In this document: positions 14,085-28,217 of the stretch, in pieces | Layout of the letters: each line of letters begins with the position of its first letter | How positions within the stretch are numbered: position 1 is the first letter of the stretch | Assembly (NCBI RefSeq): GCF_006345805.1 | Contig: NC_042998.1 | Coordinates: forward strand, 142,290,001 to 142,354,000 | Source: Octopus sinensis | Taxonomy: Eukaryota | Length of the DNA: 64,000 nt | Direction: 5' to 3' | Made by a program: the position numbers and the translations under genes | Notes under the pieces: model-generated | The model's database searches: none | Told to the model about the DNA's origin: nothing | What the model saw: only the letters and a program-made list of their open reading frames with translations

Positions 14085-14135
14085 CCCAGCATGGCCACAG
14101 CTCATAAGCTGAAACTAGAATCAATCAATCAATCA
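14085..14135 (+). mobile_element. Isolated CR1 3' tail with (AATC)n
   Basis: CCCAGCATGGCCACAGCTCATAAGCTGAAACTAGAATCAATCAATC is nearly identical to 51072-51129. Confidence 0.7.
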
Positions 14136-14479
14136 TTACCTTGAACATTTTGTTTTTATTCTGCTCATTTTGCTGATCTCGCGAGAGCGTCGACAACAAC
14201 TATAATGATAACGAACTTGAGCAATTGACGACTGTGCTGAAATGCGTTATTCTACATCAGAAAAACGAATGCCATACTCTCTTTACGATTGATTTGAGCC
14301 ACATTGTTGCAAAGTCGATAAATTGTTTCCTGCTGCCATTTATTAATGTCCAAAATTTAGGGGTTGGACAGAAAGATCGGCTAGTATTACACAAAAAATC
14401 GACAAAATTACGACAACTTTAACTGACAACATGCAGGTGTCTGAGTCTTGGTATTCAGCAGACTTTATGAAGCAATTGA

Positions 14480-15925
14480 CTATAGGCCTATCTCTCTGAC
14501 TTCACACATCAGCAAAGTCATGGAACTCAAGGTCAGAGGGAAACTAATCGCATTCATTGAAGAAAATAACTTGCTGAGTGATACCAGCATGGCTTTCGAC
14601 CATGTAGGAGCTGCCTGACCCAGCTCTTACAACATTATGACTGGGTGTTGAGGCATTTACTCACCAGCTCAAATGTGGACGTAATATACCTTGATTTTGC
14701 AAAAGCTTTTGATAAAGTGGATCATGGTATGATATGCCACAAACTGCGTCATCTCGGCATAGCTGGAAAACTTGGGAAGTGATTACATGACTTTCTGAAA
14801 GATAGAAGTCAGGCAGTAGTGGCCAATAGAGCAACCTCAATGAAAGCACAACTAGTGAGCGGTGTTCCACAGGTCACTGTCTGGGGACCACTGCTTTTCA
14901 TAGTAGCCCTCTCAGATATGCCCTCAACTGCCCGGATAGCCGCTCTTCCTAGTTACGCAGACGATACGAAAGTCTCGCAGAAAATACAGAACCCCAGCGA
15001 TATTGCACATCTGCTGCAGCAGTTGGACTCAATTTACAGATGGGCTGAGGATAATAATATGCAGTTTAATGCTCAAAAATTCAAAGCCCTGTACTACCAG
15101 CGTCCAAAACTGAACATGAAACTTACATGGTACATTGGTCTACAGGGAATTACAATCCCAGAGCCTAAATCAGTGAGGGACCTGGGTATCGATATGAGTG
15201 TTGATACCTCTTTCCAAGTGCACATTACCAGGATGGCGATAAAGTGCAGAGGACTGGCTGGATGGATCCTGAGAACATTCAGAATCAGAGAAAAGGAAAC
15301 CATGATGGTCCTCTGTCGGACATTCGTCCTCAGCAGCCTGGATTACTGCTCCCAGCTATGGTCACCCAACAGTGTAAAATTAACAGCGGACCTTGAAGTA
15401 ATCCAGCGAAGCTTCACAAAGAAGATCGTCTCTTTGCAACAGCTCAGCTACTAGGAAAGGCTGAAACAGCTAAGACTCTACTCTCTGGAGCGATGGCGGG
15501 AGAGGTATGCAGTAATATACATCTGGAAGATCTTGGAAGGAATTGTGCCAAATTTTAGCATTGAAAAATACACCAATGCCAGATCAGGTCGGCAATGCAC
15601 AGTGCCAAAGATCCCAGCAATGCCATCGCGCTTCAGGACCAGTTCCTGCAACAACCTGGTTTTCAGGGGCCCAAAGCTTTTTAATATTCTCCCAAAGAGC
15701 CTGAGGAACCTACACAAAGTGGATGTAGGCATTTTCAAATCAAGGCTGGACCTCTTCCTGGCGAGAGTCCTAGATGAACCTACCTCGCGGCAAGAGGTGC
15801 AAATGAGGGTAGCTACATCAAACTGCATTCTTCACCAAGTGCCACATATTAAAGGAGGCTCTCAGTAAAAATAGTGTAGTAAAACGGCAGTGCTCCAGCA
15901 TGACCACAGTTCTGAGGTAAAACTA

Positions 15926-15927
<2 letters not shown>
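14480..15927 (+). mobile_element. CR1-clade LINE, 5'-truncated, several frameshifts
   Basis: YRPISLTSHISK, DVIYLDFAKAFDKVDH, SGVPQ, YADDT, LDYCSQLWSP; same family as 49530-51129. Confidence 0.9.
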
Positions 15928-16003
<76 letters not shown>

Positions 16004-16784
16004 TGTATATATATATATATATATGAATATGTGTATATATGTATATAGGTATGTATATGTAAATATGTGTGTGCGTATGTATATACATATGCATATGTAT
16101 GTATACGTATGTGTATATGTGTGTGCGCGCACATTAGGGTTAAGGTATGGGTTAGTGTTAAGGTGTATGTACACAGTATAAATATACCAACTACTACTAG
16201 TTTCTTGCAGTGAAGACATTTCTATGTAGTTTAATATAACACGCCCTGGTTCTTCAACCAATCTGTAGGCTCTGAGTACATAGTCAATTCTAGTTGAAAA
16301 TTAGGTCGCTGGTACATGAGAAATTACGAGAAAATGAGAAGGCTAATGCAAAAAGTGAAAGATTGAATAAAAACGGAAAAAGGAAAGGAAAGAAAATTAG
16401 ATTCACGTTCCTTTTGAACGTAGAAGCTATAACTGAACAAGTTGTTGTTGAATAATTCAACTGCGAGGGATGCAAAGTTTGCAAGACAGCTGCTCAATCC
16501 GGGATTGGTGGTATTCTCCAGTTAGTCAAAAGAAATATGCTCGCAATTTCGGATTTGGAATTAAGTAATGCGGTTGGATTCTTTGATCTAAAAATAATGA
16601 GCGGTCTTTCAGCTACGCACAAGTTGCATTTCTGAAACCCATTTACATATGGCATGAATTTCTCTACGATTCTCTACTTGATTTTATGCGGTGTGCAGTT
16701 GGCCTTCAAACATCATACGCGGCTAGCCAACCTAGTGGCTTTACTTTCGTCGATGTGCCGGAAAGAAGATTGGTGGTTTACTCT

Positions 16785-16917
16785 TTTACTCTTTTACTTG
16801 TTTTAGCCATTTGACTGTGCCATGCTGGAGCACCGCCTTTAGTCGAGAAAGTCGATCCCAGGACTTATTCTTTGTAAGCCTAGTACTTATTCTATCGGTC
16901 TCTTTTGCCGAACCGCT
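16785..16917 (-). mobile_element. SINE family A, 3' half
   Basis: TTTTACTCTTTTACTTG...CCATGCTGGAGCACCGCCTTTAGTCGAG...TCTTTTGCCGAACCGCT. Confidence 0.75.
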
Positions 16918-17075
16918 TTGCATAACGTCTTTTGAAATTGCTTTCGCATAAACCAATGTAATTTTTCTTTCTTGTTAGATTATCTTGAAGTATTGCAATG
17001 ACTTCTGCCTCATAGACGACGGGGTTTATCATACATGCTTGGTCAAGTTGGCAAGCTTCAGGGTCTCGACTATTA
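16918..17075 (-). mobile_element. Penelope-like element GIY-YIG fragment
   Basis: CQLDQACMINPVVYEAEV...KKNYIGLCESNFKRRYA. Confidence 0.7.
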
Positions 17076-17706
17076 TATCTCCGATGAGCTATATATATAT
17101 GTTCATACACACACACATGTGAGTGTGTATGTAAGTATATATGCATATATGCATACATACATACGCTTCGGTTGAATTTCTTACGTAAAATCTTAAATCT
17201 TTCGTTAATACAGATACTTTGACAGTGTGCTCGAAGGCTTACATTTTCAGATTTTACGGTGAGACACAGTTTCGATATCATAAAATTATATGGATTCTTC
17301 ACACGTTCCAACACTTCTGCATTTAATAATTCACCCCTAAAGCTACCAAAATATTACAAGTAAGCCACATTGTCTAATAATTTGCTTTCTGGTCTTATTC
17401 ACGTAAATCTTTCTTAAGTTTGGAGAGGAGTTCATGTATACTTTTTACTTTTTATAACAAACGCTAGGATTCAAGTGGGTAATCACCATAACTCAACACA
17501 CGTGATTTTTAATGCTTTATACAAACTTATTATAACAAAAACTACTACTTCTAAAGCTGATTTTGTTAACAAAGCGCAAAGTTCATATATGCTATAAGCT
17601 ATGGATAATGTCGATAAAGATAAATAACGGTATTTTCCTTCGTAATCTGCTTCTCAACGATAAAAAAATATATTTAATATGTATGCGTGTGTGTGTGTGT
17701 GTGTGT

Positions 17707-18400
17707 AAATAGGAAATAGTGGCCCAACAAGGAACCAGTGTTTGCTGGAAATAGAAGCCGATAACCGTACGACGCTATGTAAAGCTTCACTGAATGTATA
17801 GAGGCTAAGATGTGTTGGGGCGACGAACAAAAAAATTTCGTCTTACCTCTAGGAGAAACGCCAAAGAAATGGACAACCTAGTACTCGAGTTTCGGACTTC
17901 CCAGAATATGTTTGCCATTGCAAATCTGGTTAGTGTTCGTTAGCTAGGTTCACCTAAGACAAAATTTAAAATATCTGCTACATCAATGCCTATACACTTG
18001 GCTGATAGCCCAAGCCATAAGCAGAGCCGAGATCAGTGAATAGTTTTATATGGAAAATTATAAATATTATTACAATACAATCGTATTATTTTCCAGCGAT
18101 AAGCACCGTAAAGGGTGAATTATAAATAAGAAATAGTGGAACAACAAGGCACCAATGTTTACTAGAAATAGCAGCTTTACATAGCGTCGTACAACCCAGT
18201 ACTTGAGTTTCGGACTTTCCAGAATATGTTTGTTATTTCAAATCTAGTTAGCCTTCGTGAGCTAGATTCACCTAAGACAAAATTTAAAATATCCGCTACA
18301 TCAATACCTATACACTCGACTGATAGCCTAAGCCATAAACAGAACCGAGATCAGTGAATAGTTTTATATAAATAATATAAACAATACAACAGTATTATAT
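17707..18400. repeat. Diverged local tandem duplication, two units about 415 bp apart
   Basis: GAAATAGTGG...CAACAAGG and CACCTAAGACAAAATTTAAAATATC...CCGAGATCAGTGAATAGTTTTATAT occur twice. Confidence 0.85.
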
Positions 18401-19269
18401 ATGTATATATCAGTGGCAACGCTTGCACTTCCTGTCAATATTTTTTCCAGGATAAATAATTTTTGTGTAATATAAAATTAATTATTAATAATTTTCTCTA
18501 TCCTCATCATACACTGGGTGTTTTTTTGTAAATTTTGGAAAGAGAGTAGCTGAAAGAAAGAGAGCAGGAGATCGTTGTCAGAGATCGAAGACAGAAGCAT
18601 AGACAGAGAGCGAAGAAGTGTGGAGAAAAGAGAAACGGAGAGATAAATCGATATAAATAGAAAGGGAGAGATAAGGAATCGACGTCAATATGGAGAAGTC
18701 AATGCAAATATGAATAAAGAGGTGTAAAAAAAGAGGGGAAGAGAAGCAGACAAGAAAGAGTGTGAGGGATAGAGAGATAGATCAATATTAATGTAAATAG
18801 AGATAAATACTAAAGACACAATTCAGAGACAGCAATAAAATTCAATCTAACACTAGATACATGATAATACAAATAAAATTATCAGAGTGTAGCCAGAAGG
18901 CGATAAAAGAGAGAATAATACACTTTTGTTTCCCTTACCTTGAGAATTGCCAGATTAAAGCAAAAAATGAAATTCTCCGCCAAGCTTCAATAATATTTAC
19001 GTACGTAATTTGTTACCGAAAACTATAAACAAACCTCAGATTCCAGAAATTTTTGTATTTAGTATTTCAGCAATCTACAAATTGCATTGGCTCATGCAAG
19101 TTGAAATCTTACGAACGTATTTTCTCAGAGAAAACTGTAATTAGCGTTGAGAAGTGCAGTCATCGTAGTTATCGAGTCCTGTTTACTCAACCACGTAGTG
19201 AGCAGATCTTGATCTTTTTGATGTCGGAAAATTTTTTACAACTGATCGAATTAAAATACTTTTATTAAT

Positions 19270-19560
19270 TGTAGTATATTGGCAGTAATATATTTAAACC
19301 AGTGACAACTTAGATTTCAGTTCTATACGATTTAATTGAAATTTTTCAAGGTTATACATGAGCATATATTCATACATTATAACAAGCCGGCGCCATCATT
19401 TTGTTACATGAGTTTGTGTGTGTGTTTTATTTCTTTATTATGTATAACAGAATTTATGAAACTGCTACAGTCTAGAGATAAATTACTTAACACATACGAT
19501 GAACAAGGAGTTAAATGTAGACACAAAAGTAATTTTACTTTTAATAAAATGAAATGCTGA
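19270..19560 (+). mobile_element. Penelope-like element C-terminus (GIY-YIG region), degenerate
   Basis: YIGSNIFK (~19275) and CITEFMKLLQSRDKLLNTYDEQGVKCRHKSNF resemble the PLE end consensus CLTEK..IL...LLN.R.E...KCRH. Confidence 0.6.
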
Positions 19561-20131
19561 ACCCCGCTTGAATCTAATAACCACACACTTTTGATTTCTA
19601 CAGTACTTGAATAGATTATATAAATGATTAAATAAATTAATTAGATCTTACTAAAACTTATAATATAGCAAATTATATATATCCCTCAATATAGTCAGAT
19701 TGAAGATAATAATAGAAAATAATTTAAATTAAACTATGCAGAGCATAATTACCCCCCTTGGTACTAATCATCTATAAATTCCCATAATGCTTTGCTATCT
19801 TCACTTCCTCTAATCGCCATTTTGAAAGACATCTTGGTTCCACCATAGGAGGATATGTATTTGCGCTTTTTATGTTATTTTTCACATTAAATCACAGACT
19901 TTTTTATTCTGATGTATATTTTATATCTTATATTTTGTATTTGACATTATATACTTGACATTATAAGTTTGATATATGTATACTAAATCATCTTTATAAT
20001 GTATAATCTATAATTTATGTTTTTTTTAATTCTTAACTTTATAAAGTATAATTTTTAATGTTTAATTTAATGCTTAATTTAAGACTTAATTTTAAGGTGA
20101 TGTAAAATTAGATTAACAATATTTTGAAATA

Positions 20132-20245
20132 GAGCCTGAAGATGTGTTGGTAAAATTGTAGATATGATGATTGCATATATATATTTATATGTCCATATGT
20201 ATGTATATATACTATAATCTTCCAATACTGAAACTCGTGTAGTTC
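20132..20245 (+). ncRNA. Candidate minimal type I hammerhead ribozyme
   Basis: GAGC-CTGAAGA-t-GTGTTGG...CCAATAC-t-GAAA-CTCGTGT-A-GTTC; long AT-rich loop II. Confidence 0.5.
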
Positions 20246-20619
20246 CTTCATAATTGATAATTTTAATTTTAACTTAAGTAAGAATAATTTACGAAGTACA
20301 TTTTATACCCTGATGGTATACTGGTTATATTCTTTAAAGTATCATTTCGCGATGTGCAAATAGATACCACGAGTTTACCGTCAGATATACGCATTAGGTT
20401 ATTTTTTGCTTTATCTGAAACAGAATACCCGCATATCTATTAATCTCAAAAACTGAATTATTATTGATTTCTATTATCTACTTTGTATATTTCTAGATAA
20501 ATATATGAATATATGATTAGCAAGACCCCACTGTACGATATGCAGATGCATATAATGCTAAAGGGTTGCACCTGATTGATTTGGAAATTCGTTCTCTCAA
20601 ATTATTTAAATAAATGATC

Positions 20620-20925
<306 letters not shown>

Positions 20926-20949
20926 GTGTGTGCATGTATGTATGCATAT

Positions 20950-22095
20950 CATTATTCAGTTTATTTCAAAACTTCTTGCCAAAAGAAGAGCCGGTTTCTA
21001 ACCTAGATCTTAAGCTCCTTCAATGGAATTTCAACATTAACAACAGGGTATTTTTGTTTGTTTGTATGTATGTACGTACGTACGTACGTACGTATGTATG
21101 TATGTTTGTTTGTATGTGTGCAGATTTGTATGTTTTGTTTTATGTATGCATTCTCATGCATATCTGCATATCTAGAAATGCTCATATATATTTAAATGAT
21201 AAACTTCTGGAAAGCTTTACAGATTTTTACAGTTCCAATGATGGATTGGATCTGTAGTCTTCGAATTAATTATCTCCTTTCTAGTTTTGAGAAACCTAAT
21301 TTCTCAAGATTGTTATTTAGGCAATGTATTACGTATCCCTGGGCCCCGATAATTGCAAGTATAAACCTAAACTTGTAATCTGGATTATGTAACTTCATAT
21401 TTTTCAGCGTAGGTATCCTCTTTTTCACTAATCTTCAGCTCTATGTTAACATCCGATGGGCAGCTAACTTCCACAACTGTACACAGTTTCTCTTCTCTAT
21501 CCCAAATCATTATATCAGGTCTGTTGTGCTTACATTTTATTGAGGTTTTCACTGGGACATTCTACCAATACACCTTTTCATTATGAGTGGCTATGGCTTC
21601 TACCATACTGTGGGTTCTTATTTCTTTGTCTTCGGGATTATCCTTTCGACGGATTTCATTATAGAGTGTCCTAGCTACAACATCATGTCTCATCGGTAAA
21701 TAATAGCGTGACAACATTTTTGGACAACTGCTTATGATGTCGGTGATATCTTCGGTGTTAATCCCACAAAGTCTGCATCGGTTTTCACAGTTTATGGCTT
21801 TTCCTGCATCTCTATCCCTTTTTTGCATCTGGTATTTGGTTGATATTTCGTGATCCTGGATTGCAAACACATATTCTTCAAAGTGGGAGGTAGTAATCCA
21901 GCTATTGGTCCATGTTAGACTGTTTTAATGATCAATGTTACTATCATCTCTGAGTTTTCTACTAGTATACTCATGCATAGACTTCTGGTCATATATGCTC
22001 ATTCTTTCATCTGATGATACGTTGCGGTAGATTCGTGCGACTTCTTCGGGCATGTATTTAAGGTTATTAGACAAGGAATGTTGCTCAAGGGGCTG
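20950..22095 (-). mobile_element. R4/Dong-like RLE LINE 3' fragment, second copy
   Basis: FAIQDHEISTKY...CRLCGINTEDITDIISSCPKM...RHDVV; 3' UTR shared with 4296-4400. Confidence 0.85.
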
Positions 22096-23229
22096 CCTTA
22101 TGCAATTATCGACGGCTACTCCTCGTTTTCGAACATTTCTTTGCTTGTAATTCCATGAGAGATGGAAACATGTAGATGAATCAAAATACTTTCACAGAAC
22201 ACTTTCAGAGTGACGTAACGTGAAATCTGAAAGGCATTAGGTGCATCGGACAACTGAGTGACGGAGCAGTAGGTGTGCTGTGATAGCGGTGCCTGATAGC
22301 AATTGCGAAACATTAGAACTTATATTCTGAAAAATAGTTCCTTTAGAAAGTTGTTTCATTGTAGAGTTCTTACAACCATGTAGAGAACATCGATATCTTC
22401 CTATATATCCGCGGCAACATGCTTCAAGAATGGAATTTTCAGAACCCAAACGACGCCAGTATACATACCGAAAATATTGAGAATACAAAGATGTGAGTTG
22501 AAAGAAAAACTGGAAAGACAATTAGAACTTTTGAGAGGCTGTTTTCTTCTTAACTTTATGAGTTTTTTGTAAGGTAGTATAGAAAGGGTTTCACAAATTA
22601 TTACACATACAGAAGTACCAATAACTCTGAGGGTCCTAGGACTGACCCATGAACAGAGACACTTGGAATTGGGGTTCAAAGTCGAAGCTCTCGGAAACTC
22701 TGGGCTGTTTGAGTTTGTAACAGTATTTCAAGTCTTAATACAAGTTATAACTAAAAGAGATAAGGGTGTCTCGGAATTTGTTGTCTGAAACATAAATAGA
22801 AATAGTCTGATTATTGGGCATACCTCCATTCGCATGTAAGTACTTCTCCATATCTTTCTTGATAAAGCATCGTTTTTAATAAAACTTTACATAGATATGT
22901 TTTTGAAGATGTAGATTAACTCTATATGAATTATGCATTATTAATTACCCATATTAAAAAAATATAATAAAGCGCCTTAGAATCGACTCCTACAAAATAA
23001 TCTGGTGTATATTTTTAATTTTAATTTAGACCACGAATTGTGGGATAGCAAGAACCAATTTTCCTTGTGAAATGCCTTCAACAATCAGCATTATTATTTT
23101 GAGAAAATAATATAACATAAACATTTGTTCAATTAATTTGATAATTGATTGAAAATATGAACATATCAAGAATTCCTTTTAAAATGCAGATTTGAGAATT
23201 CTTATAATTTAAGGAAACTCGCTTTAAAT

Positions 23230-24360
23230 GCTCCTTCTAAAACAAATGTTTTTTTTTATTATTTCACGGAAATCATTTTCCCCACAAGTTTTTATTCAAT
23301 ACTAAGAGCAATTATGTCAATCACTCTTTCCTGTATTATCGTACTATTGAAGAAGTCTTAATGAACTTTACGTTCTTAAAAGATCTCTCACTAAATGCTA
23401 CTATAACTGACAATGTACAGAACATACGCATGGCAATACAAACACTGAGAATAATATAATTTAACATGTATAACTTGTAAGTTGATTTATCTCCCAATCT
23501 TTACAAAAATGTAATATATTAATCGTCTTAAGATGCTTTATTTCCTCTTGTAGGTATTCTAAGAGATTGTCTGAATATTTTTCCCATAATCTTGGACTTA
23601 TAAAGTTGAGTTCTTCTGACATGTCTTACTGTTACCTCAGTAAAATTGTGTTTGCAGCGTCGAACCGCTTTGATATTCCAGCAAACAGTGAACCAATGAG
23701 AACAAAGGAAACATTCCGTTTGAATTCAGAGTGAGGTTCATCAGAACTATCATTAGGACTTTCTCAGATGTTCTCCTCTAGTTTATTATCGTCCTCAATA
23801 ACAGAAATTTTTTTTTTAATTTATAGTTTTGATGGGAGACAAAAAACGGTTTCCATTTCTTCTGTAACTGGTTTCGATTTATTAAAAATCTGAGGTTATT
23901 TGCCAAATACAACTTTAAGATCATTAGTTTGAACCTCTCAATTTGTTGTAGCATCTCTTGACTGGATCATCTCATTATCGTTATCGATCAGTATGAGAAT
24001 CAACTAAATTGATGACACTAGAATGTAAGAGAAGTATGATACATAATTCATTACACTCTTCATTTCATTTATTGTTTGGGGACGTGAGGCTGAGAGACAG
24101 AAGCTTTTTAGTGCAAGTCACACTTCAACAAGATCTTGATCTAACACTTGCTTCTCAGTCTGTTCGATGAATACATAAAGTGTTGGTAGAGTCACCTATA
24201 CGATGATATCACCCTACTTATCAGACATGTTGATAGCGTTATCATAAATATGTCAATGATTATCTTTAATAGATACCCCAAAATGATTGAATGTCTCCGT
24301 AACCAGTCTTGCCAATTCAGCTCCAGTTTTGTTAAAATAATCAACAAGGGATAAATATAG
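23230..24360 (-). mobile_element. hAT transposase remnant
   Basis: Minus translation gives KTGAELA...YDNAINMS (~24240-24330) and the dimerisation motif CIAMRMFCTLSVIVAFSERSFKNVKFIKT (~23355-23440). Confidence 0.7.
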
Positions 24361-24859
24361 GGATTGCCACCCTGCTAGGAATACGGTAAGGCTATGGAAC
24401 TGCAGCATGGCAGATTATGGAGAGGTAGCGGAAGAGCTCAAAAGATCCAACCGTGCTTCTTACATTAAAGCAGAGCGGAGGAATCCCAGAAGATCAGCGG
24501 TTAAATCACCGAGCTCTGTCAAGAGAGTAACGGCAACGCATCCATAGGGGAGGCATCTACAGTTGCGTAATCAGCTCCCAGTTAACATTCATAATAAGGG
24601 AATTATGAATTTGAATTGGGAGCTTGAGTCACAGTGTCTTTCATTAACTGATTACATGACCATGGACGCCACCCTATGGATGGGTTGAAGTTAGTCGCGA
24701 AAGCAACGGAAAAAGAAATAAATATTTGGTACCACCCTTGGTCAACTAACGGATAATGAACGTTCTGTTCCACATGGCTAGAATCCGCTGTTGCATCAAC
24801 AATCAACATTGTAGTCATTAACCCCTAAACTTTAATGTCTCAAGTCCTCGAACTCATCG

Positions 24860-25150
<291 letters not shown>

Positions 25151-26099
25151 CGTTACAATGATTTAATAATATTTTGTAGAAATTATTTTATCTAAAACGT
25201 GGTTCCAAACAATTTGTGCATCAATTGATAAATTAAGTTTGCGATAATGCTGAAATACAGTGAACATGAAGCCGCAATTTTTTTCTTGTAAACCTATTAT
25301 TTTTGCAGCATGTTCAACTTGACGGGAGAACTGTGACGCCATTTCCATTTGGTACCGAAGGTCAAGGACGTTCTTCATACGAACGTATTAAGCAAGATTA
25401 TTGGTAACCGATAATCTTCTGTCATCCTCTGATAATCTGTTTATATACCTATATACATCTATACACACAACACACACACAGATACACATACACACACACA
25501 TACATACACAAACACCCACGCGCGCGTATATGTGTGTGTATGTGTATTAAACTTTATAGCAGATACTATAATAGCTCCATTTCAGCCAATCTTACCTATT
25601 GGTTTCATACGCGAATAAGACAATTTAGGTGATTACCTAAGACTCGTGGTCTTAGAGAATCACCGAATTATCTGACTCATGTACGAAACTGATGGGTAAA
25701 ATCGGTTGAAATGGATCTATAACACTGTACACTAAAAGATTAGCATACCCACTCTATTGACAAATAAACGAGATTTGTTACATTTATCTTATCTCACTGG
25801 CTTGTTTAAATTCAATGCTCTCAAGTTATCCCCACTCCCCCGGAGAACATTCAAATTTGTTTCCTTAAAATGGAGGACGTTGTAAACTGAACAATCTTCA
25901 AGGAATTCCATGTCATTTCCTTCTTTTCAAACTTCTTCAGAAGCCACAGAAATTGCAAACGCTACCAGAAATAACCTTTGTTGCAGGTCTAGAAAATAGT
26001 TTGTGATATCTTCGAGTATAAATACTTCTCTGAGATTCCAGGTAAAAGGTGTAATTAGGTAGAGAATCCGTTTATGTGTGATATTGTTGAAGTTAAGAG

Positions 26100-26310
26100 A
26101 AAGTTAAGAGAAATTATTGATAAGAAAGCAAGAAATGTTCCTGTCTCTAAACTTCCAACTCAGTTTCCAACACCAAATGTTCAAAAGAAGGTACTGCATA
26201 TTTTGCTTCTTCTTGACTCAATTTATTTATGTGAGAAAAGTTTTCTGCTTTAGCAAATATAAAAACGATGTAGGAAAGTCGAATGTGATATGCGACTTGT
26301 CTTAATAAAT
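26100..26310 (+). mobile_element. hAT (Charlie/Buster-like) transposase C-terminal remnant
   Basis: LLLLDSIYLCEKSF/SALANIKT...ECDMRL resembles STYLCE..FS.L..IK...E.DLR. Confidence 0.5.
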
Positions 26311-26372
26311 AATCGATCTAGAATTGATGAGCATGTTAATGATTATAATCTATTATTGTATGTTTATATATT

Positions 26373-26583
26373 AAAGCGGTGAGCTGGCAGAATCGTTAGC
26401 AGGCCGAAAAACGCTTAGCGGCATTTCGTTCGTTTTTACGTTCTGAGTTCAAATTACGCGGAGGTCGGCTTTGACTTTCATCCGTTCAAAGCCGATAAAA
26501 TAAAAAGAACTGGGGTCGATGTAATTGACTTTCTCCTCCCCATAAAATTTTAGAACTTGTGCCTACAATAGAAAGGATTATTA
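26373..26583 (+). mobile_element. SINE family B
   Basis: GCGGTGAGCTGGCAGAATCGTTAGC...TTCTGAGTTCAAATT...GTCGGCTTTGACTTTCATCC...GAAAGGATTATTA. Confidence 0.8.
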
Positions 26584-27297
26584 TGTTTATATTACTTTGT
26601 TTGTTTTGGACGCCTAGTGTGTTGTAAGCAGGAAGAGGTACCCTCTTGACCCTCACTACCTTGACCCAGTGAAATATCAAGTATGGAAGGGCGCATGCCC
26701 CAGCACTCCAATGGCACTTATTTTAAGCTGGGTTCAGTAGAGCAACATAAAATTAGATACTTGATCAACGATATAACGCACCGTTCTGTTCCCGGAATCA
26801 AACCCACATCTATATGATTGAGACCAGAACACACAAACCATTAGGCAATGCGCTCCTCGGTTAACAAAAACGTAGAACAAGTAAGTCATACTCACTTGCG
26901 AGTGGCACCTAAACTAGTTCTCTATGCATTTTATTTTCTGCTAAATTACATATATTGCTTTCCCACGTTTTTGGACTTATCCAAAACCATGACGAAGAAA
27001 GAAGAATTATTTGGGTACAAACTCTGGTTTCTATTCTCATTTATAAAGGGTAGAGTGGGTAAAAACTGTTCACTAATATTTCGAAGTACTGACTAATATT
27101 TTCAATCTGATAACCTCTGATTTAAAATACTTAAAGGTTTGAGTGCCAATTAATCACATGGCTTGTGGCGTGGTCGGTTAGGTAATCGGTCACGTGGATG
27201 GTTATGTATTAGATGACGCCTGTTTATATTGATTGACAGTTTTAGTTCAGAATTAATTATATGACAGGTGGTGTTCCTAATTACGTCCATTACTTTA

Positions 27298-27362
27298 GAG
27301 CAGTGATTCCCAACCCTTTTATTTAAATGAGTTTTGTCACGGACCCCTTTTAATATGCTTAT

Positions 27363-27402
<40 letters not shown>

Positions 27403-27450
27403 AATTCTGAATTTATTTCACGGACCCCCAGTACTACTTTTGCGGACTAT
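27298..27450. mobile_element. hAT-like MITE end
   Basis: CAGTGATTCCCAACC resembles a Charlie-type TIR; internal CACGGACCCC twice; partner TIR not found. Confidence 0.4.
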
Positions 27451-27590
27451 TGTTTGCTAAACAATGTATTAGATTTTCTAACATTACGTTAAAACAAATT
27501 CTTTTAATTAAGATAATACAGGTCCGGTCGGCAGAAATCGGGACTAATATATTGTCATTTAATATATTCAATTAGTTAATATATTCAATT

Positions 27591-27737
27591 AGGCGCAGGA
27601 GTGGTTCCGGGTTCACATGGTTCCGGGTTCAGTCCCACTGCGTGGCACCTTGGGCAAGTGTCTTCTACTATAGCCTCGGGCCGACCAAAGCCTTGTGAGT
27701 GGATTTGGTAGACGGAAACTGAAAGAAGCCCGTCGTA

Positions 27738-27796
<59 letters not shown>

Positions 27797-28008
27797 ATGT
27801 GTGTGTCTGTGTTTGTCCCCCTAGCATTGCTTGACAACCGATGCTGGTGTGTTTATGTCCCCGTTACTTAGCGGTTCGGCAAAAGAGACCGATAGAATAA
27901 GTACTGGGCTTACAAAGAATAAGTCCCGGGGTCGAGTTGCTCGACTAAAGGCGGTGCTCCAGCATGGCCGCAGTCAACTGACTGAAACAAGTAAAAGAGA
28001 GTAAAAAA
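27591..28008 (+). mobile_element. SINE family A, best-preserved copy
   Basis: tRNA-like head with GGGTTCAGTCCCAC, central GTGAGTGGATTTGGTAGACGGAAACTGAAAGAAGCCCGTCG, internal (TA)n(TG)n, tail AAGGCGGTGCTCCAGCATGGCCGCAGTC...CTGAAACAAGTAAAAG. Confidence 0.85.
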
Positions 28009-28048
28009 GTATACGCACATGAAACTGCCTTAGATCATAATATCAGAG

Positions 28049-28109
<61 letters not shown>

Positions 28110-28217
28110 ATAATGTGAATACAAACTTGGAACGGCACTTGTAATATTTACCTCAGAGAAACTTTTCAAAGAGACTTGTGTGTTAAAAACAATGCCTTTG
28201 CTCAGAACGTTGGTGAG

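Noticed and set aside
16320-16635. Semi-open frame with CEGCKVCK
   Set aside because: Internal stop and no family I can recognise.
20985-21030. TGAAGGA...GAAACCGGCT downstream of the R4-like ORF
   Set aside because: It lacks the CUGANGA box and pairing stems.
25163-25400. Possible degenerate LINE RT piece (RKLNLSIDAQI)
   Set aside because: Similarity is too short and weak to call without a search.
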